In this document: one piece after another, positions 28,320 to 37,888 of the stretch
Layout: each line of letters starts with the position of its first letter
How positions within the stretch are numbered: position 1 is the first letter of the stretch
Source of the DNA: Nitrososphaerota archaeon
GTDB taxonomy: Archaea > Thermoproteota > Nitrososphaeria_A > Caldarchaeales > Calditenuaceae
Assembly (NCBI GenBank): GCA_041641295.1
Contig: JBEPYO010000001.1
Coordinates: forward strand, 960,001 to 1,024,000
Direction: 5' to 3'
DNA: 64,000 nt
Notes under the pieces: generated by a model
Seen by the model: only the letters and a program-made list of their open reading frames with translations
Database searches by the model: none
What the model was told of the DNA's origin: nothing
Made by a program: the position numbers and the translations under genes

Positions 28320-29891
28320 CTAGTAGGCCTCTATCGTGGCCGGGGGCTTGGAGGTTAGGGCATAGGCCACCATCACCACACCCCCCACCTCGTTTGTTAT
28401 TCGCCGCGAGATCCTGTCCATCAGCTCGCTTGGTATAGGATACCAGTCAGCTGTCATACCGTCCTCGCTCGTCACAGCCCTAACAATAACTATGTGGCCA
28501 ACGCTTCTGGCATCCCCCTTAACACCCACCCACTTCGAGTCAAGCACAACGGCGAACGCCTGCCAAACCGATCCGTACAGGCCTGCTCTACGGAACTCCT
28601 CCTCGACTATAGCGCCTGCTTCCCGGCAGATTCGAAGCTTCTCCTCAGTCACCTCCCCCTCAATCCTGACTGCTAGGCCGGGGCCGGGGAATGGGTGCCT
28701 CTCTATTACGGAGGCTGGCAGCCCTAGGGCCTTTGCGACCTCTCTGACCTCGTCCTTGTAGAGGTCCTTTAGCGGTTCTATGAGCTGTAGGCCGAGTCGC
28801 TCGGGTAGCCCGGCGACGTTGTGGTGGCTCTTTATGAGGCTTGTCAGTGCTCCGGTCGCCCCGCTCTCCACCCTGTCCGGATATATCGTCCCCTGTGCGA
28901 GATACTTTGCACCTCCTATACTGGATGCGGCCCTCTCGAAGACCTCTATAAAGAGCCTCCCTATAATCCGCCTCTTCTCCTCGGGGTCTTTTACTCCTCG
29001 AAGGGCCATTAGAAATTCCTTGCTCGCATCGATGAAGTGCACATTCTTGATATTAAGCTGCTTCAGACTCTCAAGCACAAGCTCCCTCTCTCCCTTTCTG
29101 AGAAGCCCATGATCTATGAATATCACGTGAAGTCTGTCGCCTATTGCCCTCTGGATTATTGCCGCGGTTGTCATGGAGTCTACTCCTCCGCTGACACCGC
29201 AGATGACCTTCTCATTCTCTCCAACAGTCTCGGCGACGCTCTTCACCACCTCGTCCAGAATGTCTATTGGCCGCCAATCGCATCTACAGCCGGCCACATT
29301 CTTGAGGAAGTTTTCAAGAATCCGCCTACCAAGCGGTGTATGCTTTACCTCTACGTGAAACTGCACCGAGTATAGCCTCTTCTCCGCATTCTCCATGGCC
29401 GCGATGAGGCTGTCCTCAGAGACTGCCGTCACTTTGAAGGCCTTCGGCGGCTCTAGCACGGCGTCGCCGTGGCTCATCCACACCTCAATACGCCTGTTAA
29501 GAGATGCGAAGAGCGCCGAGTCCTCAACCACGTTAACTATCGCTCTCCCATACTCTGCCTTAGAGCCCCGCTCTACTTTGCCTCCAAACTCTTCTGCGAG
29601 GAGCTGGTGGCCATAGCATATGCCAAGTACGGGTATGCCCATTTCTAGCACTCTCTTGTCAGGGTGTGGCGCTCCCTCTTCGTAGACGCTCCTAGGTCCT
29701 CCCGACAATATCAGCGCCTTAACGTTACCATAGCGGCTTATCTCTTCGGGGGATATGTTGAAGGGCACTATCTCCGAGTAGACACCAACCTCCCTACACC
29801 TCCTAGCTATGAGGTGGGTGTATTGGCCTCCGAAGTCAAGGATAAGCACTTTCTCCCGGGCGGTCGCTCCTCCATCCCCTCTAGGTGTCAT
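28320..29891 (-). CDS. guaA: GMP synthase (glutamine-hydrolysing), fused GATase and ATPPase
   Basis: ILDFGGQY, LGICYGHQ, SGGVDS, IKSHHNV, HPFPGPGLAVRI, KPPATIE; start ATG 29891 after TTTTTATC. Confidence 0.97.
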   Translation of the reverse strand: MTPRGDGGATAREKVLILDFGGQYTHLIARRCREVGVYSEIVPFNISPEEISRYGNVKALILSGGPRSVYEEGAPHPDKRVLEMGIPVLGICYGHQLLAEEFGGKVERGSKAEYGRAIVNVVEDSALFASLNRRIEVWMSHGDAVLEPPKAFKVTAVSEDSLIAAMENAEKRLYSVQFHVEVKHTPLGRRILENFLKNVAGCRCDWRPIDILDEVVKSVAETVGENEKVICGVSGGVDSMTTAAIIQRAIGDRLHVIFIDHGLLRKGERELVLESLKQLNIKNVHFIDASKEFLMALRGVKDPEEKRRIIGRLFIEVFERAASSIGGAKYLAQGTIYPDRVESGATGALTSLIKSHHNVAGLPERLGLQLIEPLKDLYKDEVREVAKALGLPASVIERHPFPGPGLAVRIEGEVTEEKLRICREAGAIVEEEFRRAGLYGSVWQAFAVVLDSKWVGVKGDARSVGHIVIVRAVTSEDGMTADWYPIPSELMDRISRRITNEVGGVVMVAYALTSKPPATIEAY

Positions 29892-30056
29892 TCCCCTACA
29901 AGGGTTACGCGCAGTCTCCATGATAAAAATCGTCGGTTACCCGGGAGAAGAGGAGTGAGAAGGAGGCAGGCCTACAAGTCTGGGCTGCCTGCTGGGCTGG
30001 TTTATGGGGGTGGGGAGCTGCTTTAATACCGGTGTAGGGGTTTGTGTGTCGAGTCC

Positions 30057-30923
30057 ATGGGCATAGAGGAGCTCAAGGCAGTCCTCCCCCTCGCAGGCTT
30101 GGGAACAAGGATGCTTCCAGCCACTAAGGAGCAGCCGAAAGAGATGCTCCCAGTCTTTGCTAGAAGTGAGAATGGGTCCCTCTGTGTGAAGCCTATTGTG
30201 CAGCTGATCTTTGAGCAGCTCTTCGACGTGGGTATTCGGGAGTTCATACTCGTGGTTGGTAGGGGGAAGAGGGCGGTGGAGGACCACTTCACACCCGACC
30301 AGGGCTATCTCGAGTTTATTAGGAGGAGTAGGAACTCTCTGTTGAGGGACTTCGAGGAATTCTATAGGAGGATTAGCGAGTCCGTCCTAGTCTGGGTTAA
30401 CCAGCCCCAGCCCCTAGGATTTGGGCACGCGGTCCTGATCTGCGAGAAGACCGTGGGCGACTCGCCGTTCATCGTTCACGCTGGGGACACCTACCTAGTT
30501 AACGGCTCTCAGGCCATTGAGCGTATGTATAGACACTTCGAGACTGTAGGTGCTGAGGCTGTTCTTCTGCTGCAAGAGGTTGAGGACCCGAGACAGTACG
30601 GTGTCGCAGAGGTCTCCGAGATAGGAGGTCATTTACGGGTAACGCGGGTTGAGGAGAAGCCCAAAGAACCCCGCTCAAACCTGATGATTGTCCCCCTCTA
30701 CATCTTCCGGAGCTCGATATTCAGGGCCCTCAGGTCTATTGGACGCGGTGTTGGTGGCGAGCTTCAGCTAACTGATGGGATACAGCGCCTCATTGAGTGG
30801 GGGTACAGAGTTGACGCGATCAAGCTTGAGGATGGTCTGAAGATGGATATTGGCACGCCTCAACTCTATTGGGAGGCCCTCCAGCTCTCATACAGGCTCT
30901 CAACATCAGGGTCAACGCGATAA
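30057..30923 (+). CDS. galU: UTP--glucose-1-phosphate uridylyltransferase / NDP-sugar pyrophosphorylase
   Basis: LAGLGTRMLPATKEQPKEMLP, QPQPLGFGHAV, VEEKP, GELQLTDGI. Confidence 0.88.
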   Translation: MGIEELKAVLPLAGLGTRMLPATKEQPKEMLPVFARSENGSLCVKPIVQLIFEQLFDVGIREFILVVGRGKRAVEDHFTPDQGYLEFIRRSRNSLLRDFEEFYRRISESVLVWVNQPQPLGFGHAVLICEKTVGDSPFIVHAGDTYLVNGSQAIERMYRHFETVGAEAVLLLQEVEDPRQYGVAEVSEIGGHLRVTRVEEKPKEPRSNLMIVPLYIFRSSIFRALRSIGRGVGGELQLTDGIQRLIEWGYRVDAIKLEDGLKMDIGTPQLYWEALQLSYRLSTSGSTR

Positions 30924-30987
30924 GACCACATCCGCCTCCCAGCAAACCCTAAAACTAACTAGAGGGAGCATATTCCGGAGTATTGGC

Positions 30988-32352
30988 ATGTTAGCAGGCG
31001 ATTTGGGCAGGGGGATCGGAGTCATAGGCGCCGGATACGTGGGCCTGACACTCAGCGTATTCCTAGCCTCGAAGGGTGTGAGAACAATATGCGTGGAGAA
31101 GGACGAGGTAAAGGCTGGGAAAATTATGAGGGGTGTGTCTCCGATACATGAGCAGGGCCTCCCCGAACTTCTTCAGCGCGTTGTAAGGGATGGCATGCTG
31201 GAGGCTCGAACCGAGGTTGGAGACATGCTGGAGAGGGTTGACACTGTCTTCATAACTGTTGGAACGCCTACTGGCAGCGACGGAGCTCCAGACCTCACAC
31301 AGGTCAAGGAAGCTTCAAGACAGGTAGGAGAAGCCATGTCAACCAGCAGGACCGCTACACCTCTCATAGTAGTTAAGAGTACTGTTCCGCCGGGGACGAC
31401 CTGGCATGTTGTGAGGCCAATCATCGAAGAGGCTAGCGGTAGAGCCTGCGGAGATGGATTCCACCTATGCGTAAACCCTGAGTTCCTGAGGGAGGGCTCT
31501 GCACTCCAAGACACCATGAATCCAGACAGAATCATTATAGGTGCAAAGCACAGCGAGGCGGCGGAAAGACTGAAAAAATTCTACGAAGCCCTCTACCACC
31601 CCTCAAAAATCCCAACCCTAGTCACAACACCAGCCAACGCCGAACTCATAAAACTCGCAACTAACGCATACCTAGCCCTCAAGATCAGCTTCATCAACCT
31701 GATCTCACAAATCTGCGAAGCAACCGAAGACGGAGACGTGGGCGTAGTGGCGGAGGGGTTGGGTCTCGACCCAAGGATTGGGCCCCTATTCCTGAGGGCG
31801 GGTCTGGGGTTTGGGGGGAGTTGTCTCCCGAAAGACCTCCGCGCCTTGAGATGGTTTGCAGCAAGCCGCGGTCTGGACACTTCTCTCTTCGATGCGATAA
31901 TCGGGATTAATCGGGCCCAGAGGCTCAGGGTTGTGGAAAAAGCTGAGTCGAAGCTGGGCGGCCTAGCGGGGAAGAGGGTTGCAGTACTGGGCTTGGCCTT
32001 CAAGCCCGGAACAGATGATGTCAGGGAGGCGGCCTCCCTCGAGATAATCCGCGAACTCCTAGCGCGTGGGGCTGAAGTGAGGGCCCATGACCCGGCCGCG
32101 CTCGACAACGCCAGACAGGTCATAGGCGAGAGCGTCATCTATTGCCATAGAGTAGAGGACTGCTTAAACGGGGCAGACTTGGCAATAATAGTCACTGAAT
32201 GGCCTGAATATGCAGCACTAGACCCCTCCACCTTGAAGTCACTTATGCGAAATCCACTAATCATCGATGGGAGAAGAATCCTAAACACGCGCCGACTAAT
32301 AGAAGCAGGGATAAGAATACACACTGTAGGCCTCCACAATCCCTCGGCATAG
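30988..32352 (+). CDS. ugd: UDP-glucose/GDP-mannose dehydrogenase family protein
   Basis: GAGYVG, KSTVPPGT, NPEFLREG, GFGGSCLPKD, FKPGTDDVRE. Confidence 0.93.
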   Translation: MLAGDLGRGIGVIGAGYVGLTLSVFLASKGVRTICVEKDEVKAGKIMRGVSPIHEQGLPELLQRVVRDGMLEARTEVGDMLERVDTVFITVGTPTGSDGAPDLTQVKEASRQVGEAMSTSRTATPLIVVKSTVPPGTTWHVVRPIIEEASGRACGDGFHLCVNPEFLREGSALQDTMNPDRIIIGAKHSEAAERLKKFYEALYHPSKIPTLVTTPANAELIKLATNAYLALKISFINLISQICEATEDGDVGVVAEGLGLDPRIGPLFLRAGLGFGGSCLPKDLRALRWFAASRGLDTSLFDAIIGINRAQRLRVVEKAESKLGGLAGKRVAVLGLAFKPGTDDVREAASLEIIRELLARGAEVRAHDPAALDNARQVIGESVIYCHRVEDCLNGADLAIIVTEWPEYAALDPSTLKSLMRNPLIIDGRRILNTRRLIEAGIRIHTVGLHNPSA

Positions 32353-32415
32353 CAGTCTCGACATAGAGGAGATAAGGGTTATTTGCTACAGCACGGGTAT
32401 ACGGTTCTGAGGAGT

Positions 32416-32487
32416 GGGGCCGTGGTCTAGCGGTATGACGCCGCCCTCACACGGCGGAGGTCGCCGGTTCGAATCCGGCCGGCCCCA
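32416..32487 (+). tRNA. tRNA-Val(CAC), intronless, CCA not encoded
   Basis: GGGGCCG/CGGCCCC acceptor stem; anticodon arm CCGCC-CTCACAC-GGCGG; T arm GCCGG-TTCGAAT-CCGGC; TATA-like GGTTATTT upstream. Confidence 0.97.
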
Positions 32488-32522
32488 CATTCTTAACTCT
32501 TAAAAACCCCAATACCCCATGA

Positions 32523-33305
32523 ATGTTGAACACCATGTCCTCTTCAGAGGTTGAAGTTGTCAGAGAGTTAATAGGCTTGAAGCCTGAGGAGGCTTTTGAA
32601 GAGTGCAGAACGATTTTATCCATTCAGCCCCATCCGGATGATACTGATATAGGCGCTGGCGGCATAGTTGCCAGACTTTCTTCCCGCGGGTGTAGAGTCA
32701 TATATGTGACGATGACTGACGGTGGGGCCGGGACTACAGACCCCTCTATATCATGGGAGGAGCTGACGCGTATTCGCAGGAAGGAGCAGCAGGCTGCGGC
32801 CCAGATTCTTGGCGTCTCCGAACTCATCTGGCTAGATTATAGGGACTCGGAGCTTAGACCCTCTTTGGAGCTCAGGAACAAGCTGATAACCCTGATAAGG
32901 CGCTACAGGCCCGACGTCGTCTTGACGGTCGATCCATGGCTACCCTATGAGGCCCACCCAGACCACATAGCAACCGGGCTCGCAGCCAGCGAGGCCTTCT
33001 TCTTCAGCAACCTAACGAACATCAACCGTGAAGATCTTGAAAACGGGCTCGAGCCCTATTCACCCAAGTATATAGCCTACTATTGGACTAAGAATCCGAA
33101 CCTATACATCGATATCTCAGACCTGATAAGTGTTAAAAAGGCGGCCATATCGGCCCACAAGTCCCAATTCACTCCCGAGATAATTGAACTCCTCATTAAG
33201 TATGATGAGATGCTAGGTAGGAGGGCTGGCTACAAGTATGCCGAGGCCTTCAAAATACTTAACCAGCTGGCACTTCACGTTAACCCCATTTCCGATATGC
33301 TCTGA
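32523..33305 (+). CDS. PIG-L/LmbE family deacetylase, diacetylchitobiose deacetylase-like
   Basis: PHPDD, TDGGAGTTD, DPWLPYEAHPDH, AHKSQF; resembles Thermococcales Dac. Confidence 0.85.
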   Translation: MLNTMSSSEVEVVRELIGLKPEEAFEECRTILSIQPHPDDTDIGAGGIVARLSSRGCRVIYVTMTDGGAGTTDPSISWEELTRIRRKEQQAAAQILGVSELIWLDYRDSELRPSLELRNKLITLIRRYRPDVVLTVDPWLPYEAHPDHIATGLAASEAFFFSNLTNINREDLENGLEPYSPKYIAYYWTKNPNLYIDISDLISVKKAAISAHKSQFTPEIIELLIKYDEMLGRRAGYKYAEAFKILNQLALHVNPISDML

Positions 33306-33384
33306 GGCCCGAGGAACCCGTACTGAAGGTTTTTATTTTGGTTAGTTGATAAGTCATCTGCAAAAACCAGAGGGAGTGAGAAGA

Positions 33385-33657
33385 ATGTCCGCGAATGAGG
33401 TAACCGTATTGGTTGGCAAGAAGCCGGCGATGAGCTATGTTCTGGCGTGTCTGATATCGCTGCAGCAGGGGCAGAACGTAACGCTGAAGGCGAGAGGCAG
33501 GTCAATAAGCAGGGCTGTCGATGTGGTCCAGATACTGAAGAACAGGTTCTACAAGGACCTGAAGGTACAGGAGATAAAGCTGGGCACAGAGATGCTGAAG
33601 GGACAGGACAACAGGGATGTGAACGTAAGCACGATCGAGATAAAGATAGCCTCTTAG
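33385..33657 (+). CDS. albA: DNA/RNA-binding protein Alba
   Basis: VLVGKKPAMSYVLA, LKARGRSISRAVDV, NVSTIEI. Confidence 0.96.
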   Translation: MSANEVTVLVGKKPAMSYVLACLISLQQGQNVTLKARGRSISRAVDVVQILKNRFYKDLKVQEIKLGTEMLKGQDNRDVNVSTIEIKIAS

Positions 33658-33724
33658 AGGCCTGCCGAGGCTAAGGAAAGTTAAAAACGGATGAGGCTGA
33701 TGACGAACTTGGAGGCGGTGATTA

Positions 33725-34222
33725 CTGAAAATACCCGTATGCGAGTTCGACCTACGGAGTGGCTCTCTTTGCCCGAGTTGTCAGAGGAAGTTAGAGAGAG
33801 GAGAGATTACGCGGCTGGATGTCGAGGTCTTAACAGCGCTAATCGACCTGAACCTGCCAATACTAGCTAAGGCAGAGTACGCCGGCTCGATACGTCAAAA
33901 AAACAAAATTTTTGTATTTCTCCGGGACGTAGAGGCGTCTGTACAAGACTTTATGGAGCTCTCACTGCAGCTCTCACGCCGTTTAAAGACTCTTGTAAGG
34001 GTGTTGAGGGATCACCGCTCATTCAATAGCTTCTTGGCCGAGCTGCTTGCACCTGCTAAGATTCTTGCGATCAACGTGGTGTGGCTACCCGATGGAACCG
34101 AGGAGACGATAATCACTGTGGATGATACGTCTAAGCTCCAGCTACAGGTGGACGAGATTGTGGACTTGGTTAAGGGCTTTAAGGGTAGGGCTATTCGGAT
34201 TGAGAGGGCTTCACGCCGTTGA
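33725..34222 (+). CDS. NusA-like paralogue with N-terminal Cys motif, apparent CTG start
   Basis: Frame extends upstream of ATG 33953 to CTG 33725 giving (M)KIPVCEFDLRSGSLCPSC...; C-terminal LLAPAKILAINVVWLPDG; in-frame TGA at 33719; GGTGA SD at 33717-33721. Confidence 0.75.
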   Translation: MKIPVCEFDLRSGSLCPSCQRKLERGEITRLDVEVLTALIDLNLPILAKAEYAGSIRQKNKIFVFLRDVEASVQDFMELSLQLSRRLKTLVRVLRDHRSFNSFLAELLAPAKILAINVVWLPDGTEETIITVDDTSKLQLQVDEIVDLVKGFKGRAIRIERASRR

Positions 34223-34323
34223 GGCTCCTAGTCCTTGGACAGGCATAAGGGTTTATGAATGATTTGGGAGAAGTTATCACTTAAATACGCGTCAATTTAT
34301 GTTCACTTTGGTCTAAAAACTAT

Positions 34324-35646
34324 ATGGTTGGGGAAACGGGGCCGGGGTCTGGTTTTGAACAGATACGCTCTGGAATGGTTAGGCCAGAGCTTGATGGCCG
34401 GCGCGTAGTAATTCAGGGCTGGGTCCACGAGATACGCGACCTAGGATCTCTGGTCTTCATAGTCTTGAGGGATAGGTCGGGCCTCTGCCAAGTAGTGTTT
34501 AGCCGCGTAGGTGCCGATAGTGGGCTTCTGGCTGCTTTAGATGGTTTAACTCGCGAATCGGCTGTTAGGGTCTGGGGGACTGTGCGCGTTGCTCCTCAGT
34601 CAAGGATGGGTGTTGAGGTGAAAGGTGAGCGTATTGAGGTTGTTGCCAAGGCAGTGGAGAAGCTCCCCTACGATGTGACAGGCAAAGTCCCGGCGTCCAT
34701 GACAACGCGTCTTAACCACAGGATACTAGACCTGAGAAAACCAGTGAATACGGCTATCTTCCTGATAGCTGACACGGTCTTTGACGCTATACGCGAATAT
34801 CTCCGTGAGCAGGGATTTGTTGAGGTTAGGACTCCTAAGATAATAGCCACCGCGACTGAAGGTGGGGCTGCCCTATTCAAGGTTGACTACTTCGGGAAGG
34901 CAGCGTATCTTGCCCAGAGCCCCCAGCTCTACAAGGAAGAGCTCGTCACGGTCTTTGAACGCGTCTTTGAGATTGGGCCGTTCTTTAGAGCTGAGGCCTC
35001 GCATACGCGGAGGCATGTCAGCGAGTTCACTTCTGTCGACATAGAGGCTGCGTTCATGAACTATGAGGATGTTATGCGGGTTCTGGAGGGGATGGTTGCC
35101 CACGTCTTCAAGAGGGTCTTGGAGGAGAGGCAGAGGGAGCTCGAGCTCTTGGGGGTCTCCCTCCGACCTCCTAAAACTCCTTTCAAGCGGATAACCTATG
35201 ACGAGGCCTTAAGGGAGCTCGCAGAGCTTGGGCATCAGAAGAGCTGGGGAGGAGACTTGGAGACCCCAGACCTGAGATATCTGGCCAAGAAGCACACAGG
35301 TTTCTACTTCATCACCCACTTCCCCACCGCCATAAAGCCCTTCTACATCCAGCCCGACCCCAACAACCCGCAGATATCCGAGTCATTTGACCTGATGTAT
35401 CAGTGGCTCGAACTTGCTTCCGGTGGGACAAGGATATCAGACCCCGCGCTTCTCAGGCAGAGGCTGCAGGAGCAGGGGCTCAACCCGGAGAGCTTCAAAC
35501 ACCATGTGGCGGTATATGATTATGGCATGCCTGTCCACGCCGGCTGGGGGCTCGGGTTCGAGAGGCTGATAATGGTCATCACAAGGCGTACCAACATAAG
35601 GGACGTAATACTCTTCCCAAGGGATAGGTTCAGACTCGTGCCATGA
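34324..35646 (+). CDS. aspS: aspartyl-tRNA synthetase (archaeal type)
   Basis: GWVHEIRDLG, ATEGGA, YLAQSPQLYK, GPFFRAE, GWGLGFERL, LFPRD. Confidence 0.96.
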   Translation: MVGETGPGSGFEQIRSGMVRPELDGRRVVIQGWVHEIRDLGSLVFIVLRDRSGLCQVVFSRVGADSGLLAALDGLTRESAVRVWGTVRVAPQSRMGVEVKGERIEVVAKAVEKLPYDVTGKVPASMTTRLNHRILDLRKPVNTAIFLIADTVFDAIREYLREQGFVEVRTPKIIATATEGGAALFKVDYFGKAAYLAQSPQLYKEELVTVFERVFEIGPFFRAEASHTRRHVSEFTSVDIEAAFMNYEDVMRVLEGMVAHVFKRVLEERQRELELLGVSLRPPKTPFKRITYDEALRELAELGHQKSWGGDLETPDLRYLAKKHTGFYFITHFPTAIKPFYIQPDPNNPQISESFDLMYQWLELASGGTRISDPALLRQRLQEQGLNPESFKHHVAVYDYGMPVHAGWGLGFERLIMVITRRTNIRDVILFPRDRFRLVP

Positions 35647-35873
35647 GCGACCCGGCTGAAGAGTTTAGAGAGATCTCGAAACGGATATTTGAGAAGTATT
35701 TGACGGAGGAGGATGTGGAGGAGCTGGCGTATAGGTGGGCGGTACTGAAGGCGAGACTTGCCTCTGGCTCAGATTCCCGCGAACCCAGCGTGGAGGAGGT
35801 TGACTATTTGAAGAGGCGGATCCTCGAGCTCAGAGCCTTAGCTGGCCTCGACTGGTTTGAGAAGGTAGAGTAG
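35643..35873 (+). CDS. hypothetical protein
   Basis: 76-aa ORF coupled to aspS by an ATGA overlap. Confidence 0.65.
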   Translation: MSDPAEEFREISKRIFEKYLTEEDVEELAYRWAVLKARLASGSDSREPSVEEVDYLKRRILELRALAGLDWFEKVE

Positions 35874-35947
35874 CTCAGCCTCTCTCCCATAATTTTCGCG
35901 GAGGTAGATCCGACTAGTGTATAAATCGTGGTCTATAGCTGATTGAC

Positions 35948-36343
35948 GTGTTGAGTCCAGCTGCTTTGGATACGGCGCTTTGGACGCTGGTACTCTACCT
36001 AATCCTCACAATAGTGGCCCCACCAATCTTCTACATAGTCTCGGTTCTGATAGCCCCTAAGAAGCCGTCCCGCGTCAAGAGGATGCTCTTCGAGTCCGGG
36101 CAGACTCCGATACCGGCCAGAGTGGCTCCATTCCCCATCGAATACTTCCCCTACGTTATTATCTACATAGCCTACGCCGTATTCGCAGTCATAGCCTTCA
36201 TCGTCGTCTTAGACATGCTGCGGTCAAGTGAGAGCCTAGTGCGTGGATTAATTATCTTGGCCGTAATCACTGCCGGCTCGATATATGCGTCCACACAGCT
36301 CCCCGTCTTAAAACAGAGGCTCGAGAGGGGTGGTAGAGGTTGA
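35948..36343 (+). CDS. nuoA: NADH-quinone oxidoreductase subunit A-like (divergent)
   Basis: 3 TMs; PKKPS.VK...FESG loop; F.IEYF; coupled to nuoH. Confidence 0.7.
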   Translation: MLSPAALDTALWTLVLYLILTIVAPPIFYIVSVLIAPKKPSRVKRMLFESGQTPIPARVAPFPIEYFPYVIIYIAYAVFAVIAFIVVLDMLRSSESLVRGLIILAVITAGSIYASTQLPVLKQRLERGGRG

Positions 36344-37410
36344 TAGACCCAGTACAAGCGTTTGTCCAAGTGTATAATTCTATGCCACCTCTAATCCAAG
36401 AGCTGATACGCTTCCTCTACAGCGAGCCATTCATCAAGGCAGCCATATTCCCCGGCGCGCTGTTCAGCACGCTGCTAGGAATGTTTGCTGTATGGTTTGA
36501 GAGGAAGCTCTTCGCCCGCGTCTCCCTCAGGGTAGGGCCACTACACGTTGGAAGAGTAGCTGGTATCCTCCAACTCATTGCAGACGCAATCAAGTTCCTA
36601 TCAAAGGAGAGGATAATCCCAGAGGGTGTGAACAGGCCTCTCTTCGTCCTCATGCCCTGCCTCGCACTAATTCTCTCCCTTCTACTATACGCCTTCCTCC
36701 CCTTTGGAGCTGGCTGGATAATCTACCCATCAGATATTGGCCTACTCTTATTCTTCCTAGTCGCCGCCCTGTCCCCAATACCAATAGTGCTTGCAGGATA
36801 TGCCTCGAGGAGCAAATACCCCTTCATAGGGATGTCCAGAATAGCGCTCCAGCTCTTCGGATACGAGGTGCCCCTCTTCCTAGCCTTGACAGGCGTTGTC
36901 CTGTCCACGAGGACACTTAATCTAGAGAAAATCGTTGAGGCCCAAGCGGTTGTTCCTCTCGCAGTAACCCAGATTATCGGCTTCATAGTCTTCATCATAA
37001 CCTTATTGGCCGAGACTGAGAGACTCCCCTTCGACATACCGACTGCGGAGGGTGAGATCGTCTTCGGCTGGCAGACCGAGTACTCGGGCGTCTACTTCCT
37101 AATGATCCAGCTCGCCATGTTCGAGAAAGTCCTAGCCTTCTGCTTCCTCGGCGCAATACTGTATCTCGGCGGCTGGCTCGGGCCGCCAATACCCGGCCTA
37201 CCCGAAAGCATCTCGGCACCCTTCTGGCTCATACTTAAGGGCCTAATACTGTTCACGTTCGTCGCGCTGCTGCGAGGCGCCTATCCGAGGCTGACGATAG
37301 AGAAGGTCCTAGACCTCGGCTGGAAATACCTAATACCCCTAGCGTTCGTGAACCTGATAATCACGGCCGGAATCTCACTAATCTCAGGGTACTCGGCCAT
37401 AACGCTCTAA
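36340..37410 (+). CDS. nuoH: NADH-quinone oxidoreductase subunit H
   Basis: ERKLFAR...RVGP, GILQLIADAIKFLSKE, AETERLPFDIP.AEGEIV.G..TEYSG, YPRL. Confidence 0.92.
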   Translation: MIDPVQAFVQVYNSMPPLIQELIRFLYSEPFIKAAIFPGALFSTLLGMFAVWFERKLFARVSLRVGPLHVGRVAGILQLIADAIKFLSKERIIPEGVNRPLFVLMPCLALILSLLLYAFLPFGAGWIIYPSDIGLLLFFLVAALSPIPIVLAGYASRSKYPFIGMSRIALQLFGYEVPLFLALTGVVLSTRTLNLEKIVEAQAVVPLAVTQIIGFIVFIITLLAETERLPFDIPTAEGEIVFGWQTEYSGVYFLMIQLAMFEKVLAFCFLGAILYLGGWLGPPIPGLPESISAPFWLILKGLILFTFVALLRGAYPRLTIEKVLDLGWKYLIPLAFVNLIITAGISLISGYSAITL

Positions 37411-37495
37411 CTCTCCGAACGAGTGCGAGGCCTACGAATCTTTTCCTCTGAATTGTTTCGGGAACTCTAGGCACCCCACTTGCTGGTGCTCCTTC

Positions 37496-37840
37496 TCAGC
37501 CTCCCCTAGCCCTCTTGAATCGGAACTCTAGGCCCGTCGCAAGGATGTTTGACCGAGAGATCACGTATACTGCCTGTTGTGCCAAGAGGCCGTGCTCAAG
37601 TGTTGAGAGCTTGTAGCCGCTCTTCTCTAACCTCTCCCTCATCTGTCTGAGGTTTTCCAATAGGTCTCTAACACCGCTAAGCTCTGCAACTTCCTTACTT
37701 GATGCGAGGGACTCAGCCTTCTCATGCGCCATAACCACGTATCTATAGTCGTCTGTGTCGAGGAATCCCCTGAGATCGGCTACAATCTCTCTAAAGGTCT
37801 TCCAAGCCTCGCGCAACCCTGTTCGCTGGCTGGCCGACAA
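37496..37840 (-). CDS. hypothetical protein
   Basis: 114-aa helical ORF with typical codon usage. Confidence 0.6.
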   Translation of the reverse strand: MSASQRTGLREAWKTFREIVADLRGFLDTDDYRYVVMAHEKAESLASSKEVAELSGVRDLLENLRQMRERLEKSGYKLSTLEHGLLAQQAVYVISRSNILATGLEFRFKRARGG

Positions 37841-37888
37841 CGCGAAAATGGTGACGTGGCAGCTTTTAGGTATTCTCTTGGCTGATGG

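Noticed and set aside
29964-29990. AGGCAG..CTGCCT hairpin upstream of guaA as a purine riboswitch
   Set aside because: It lies upstream of the likely guaA TATA (about 29923-29930), so outside the transcript, and it does not match the purine aptamer
33698-33728. TGATGA...CTGA as a C/D-box sRNA or K-turn over the NusA-like start
   Set aside because: Only ~30 nt with no D'/C' boxes, and the C box probably lies upstream of the TSS implied by the TATA at 33681-33687
33895-33915. A/T homopolymer run as a programmed frameshift site in the NusA-like gene
   Set aside because: The reading frame is continuous through the run, so no frameshift is needed
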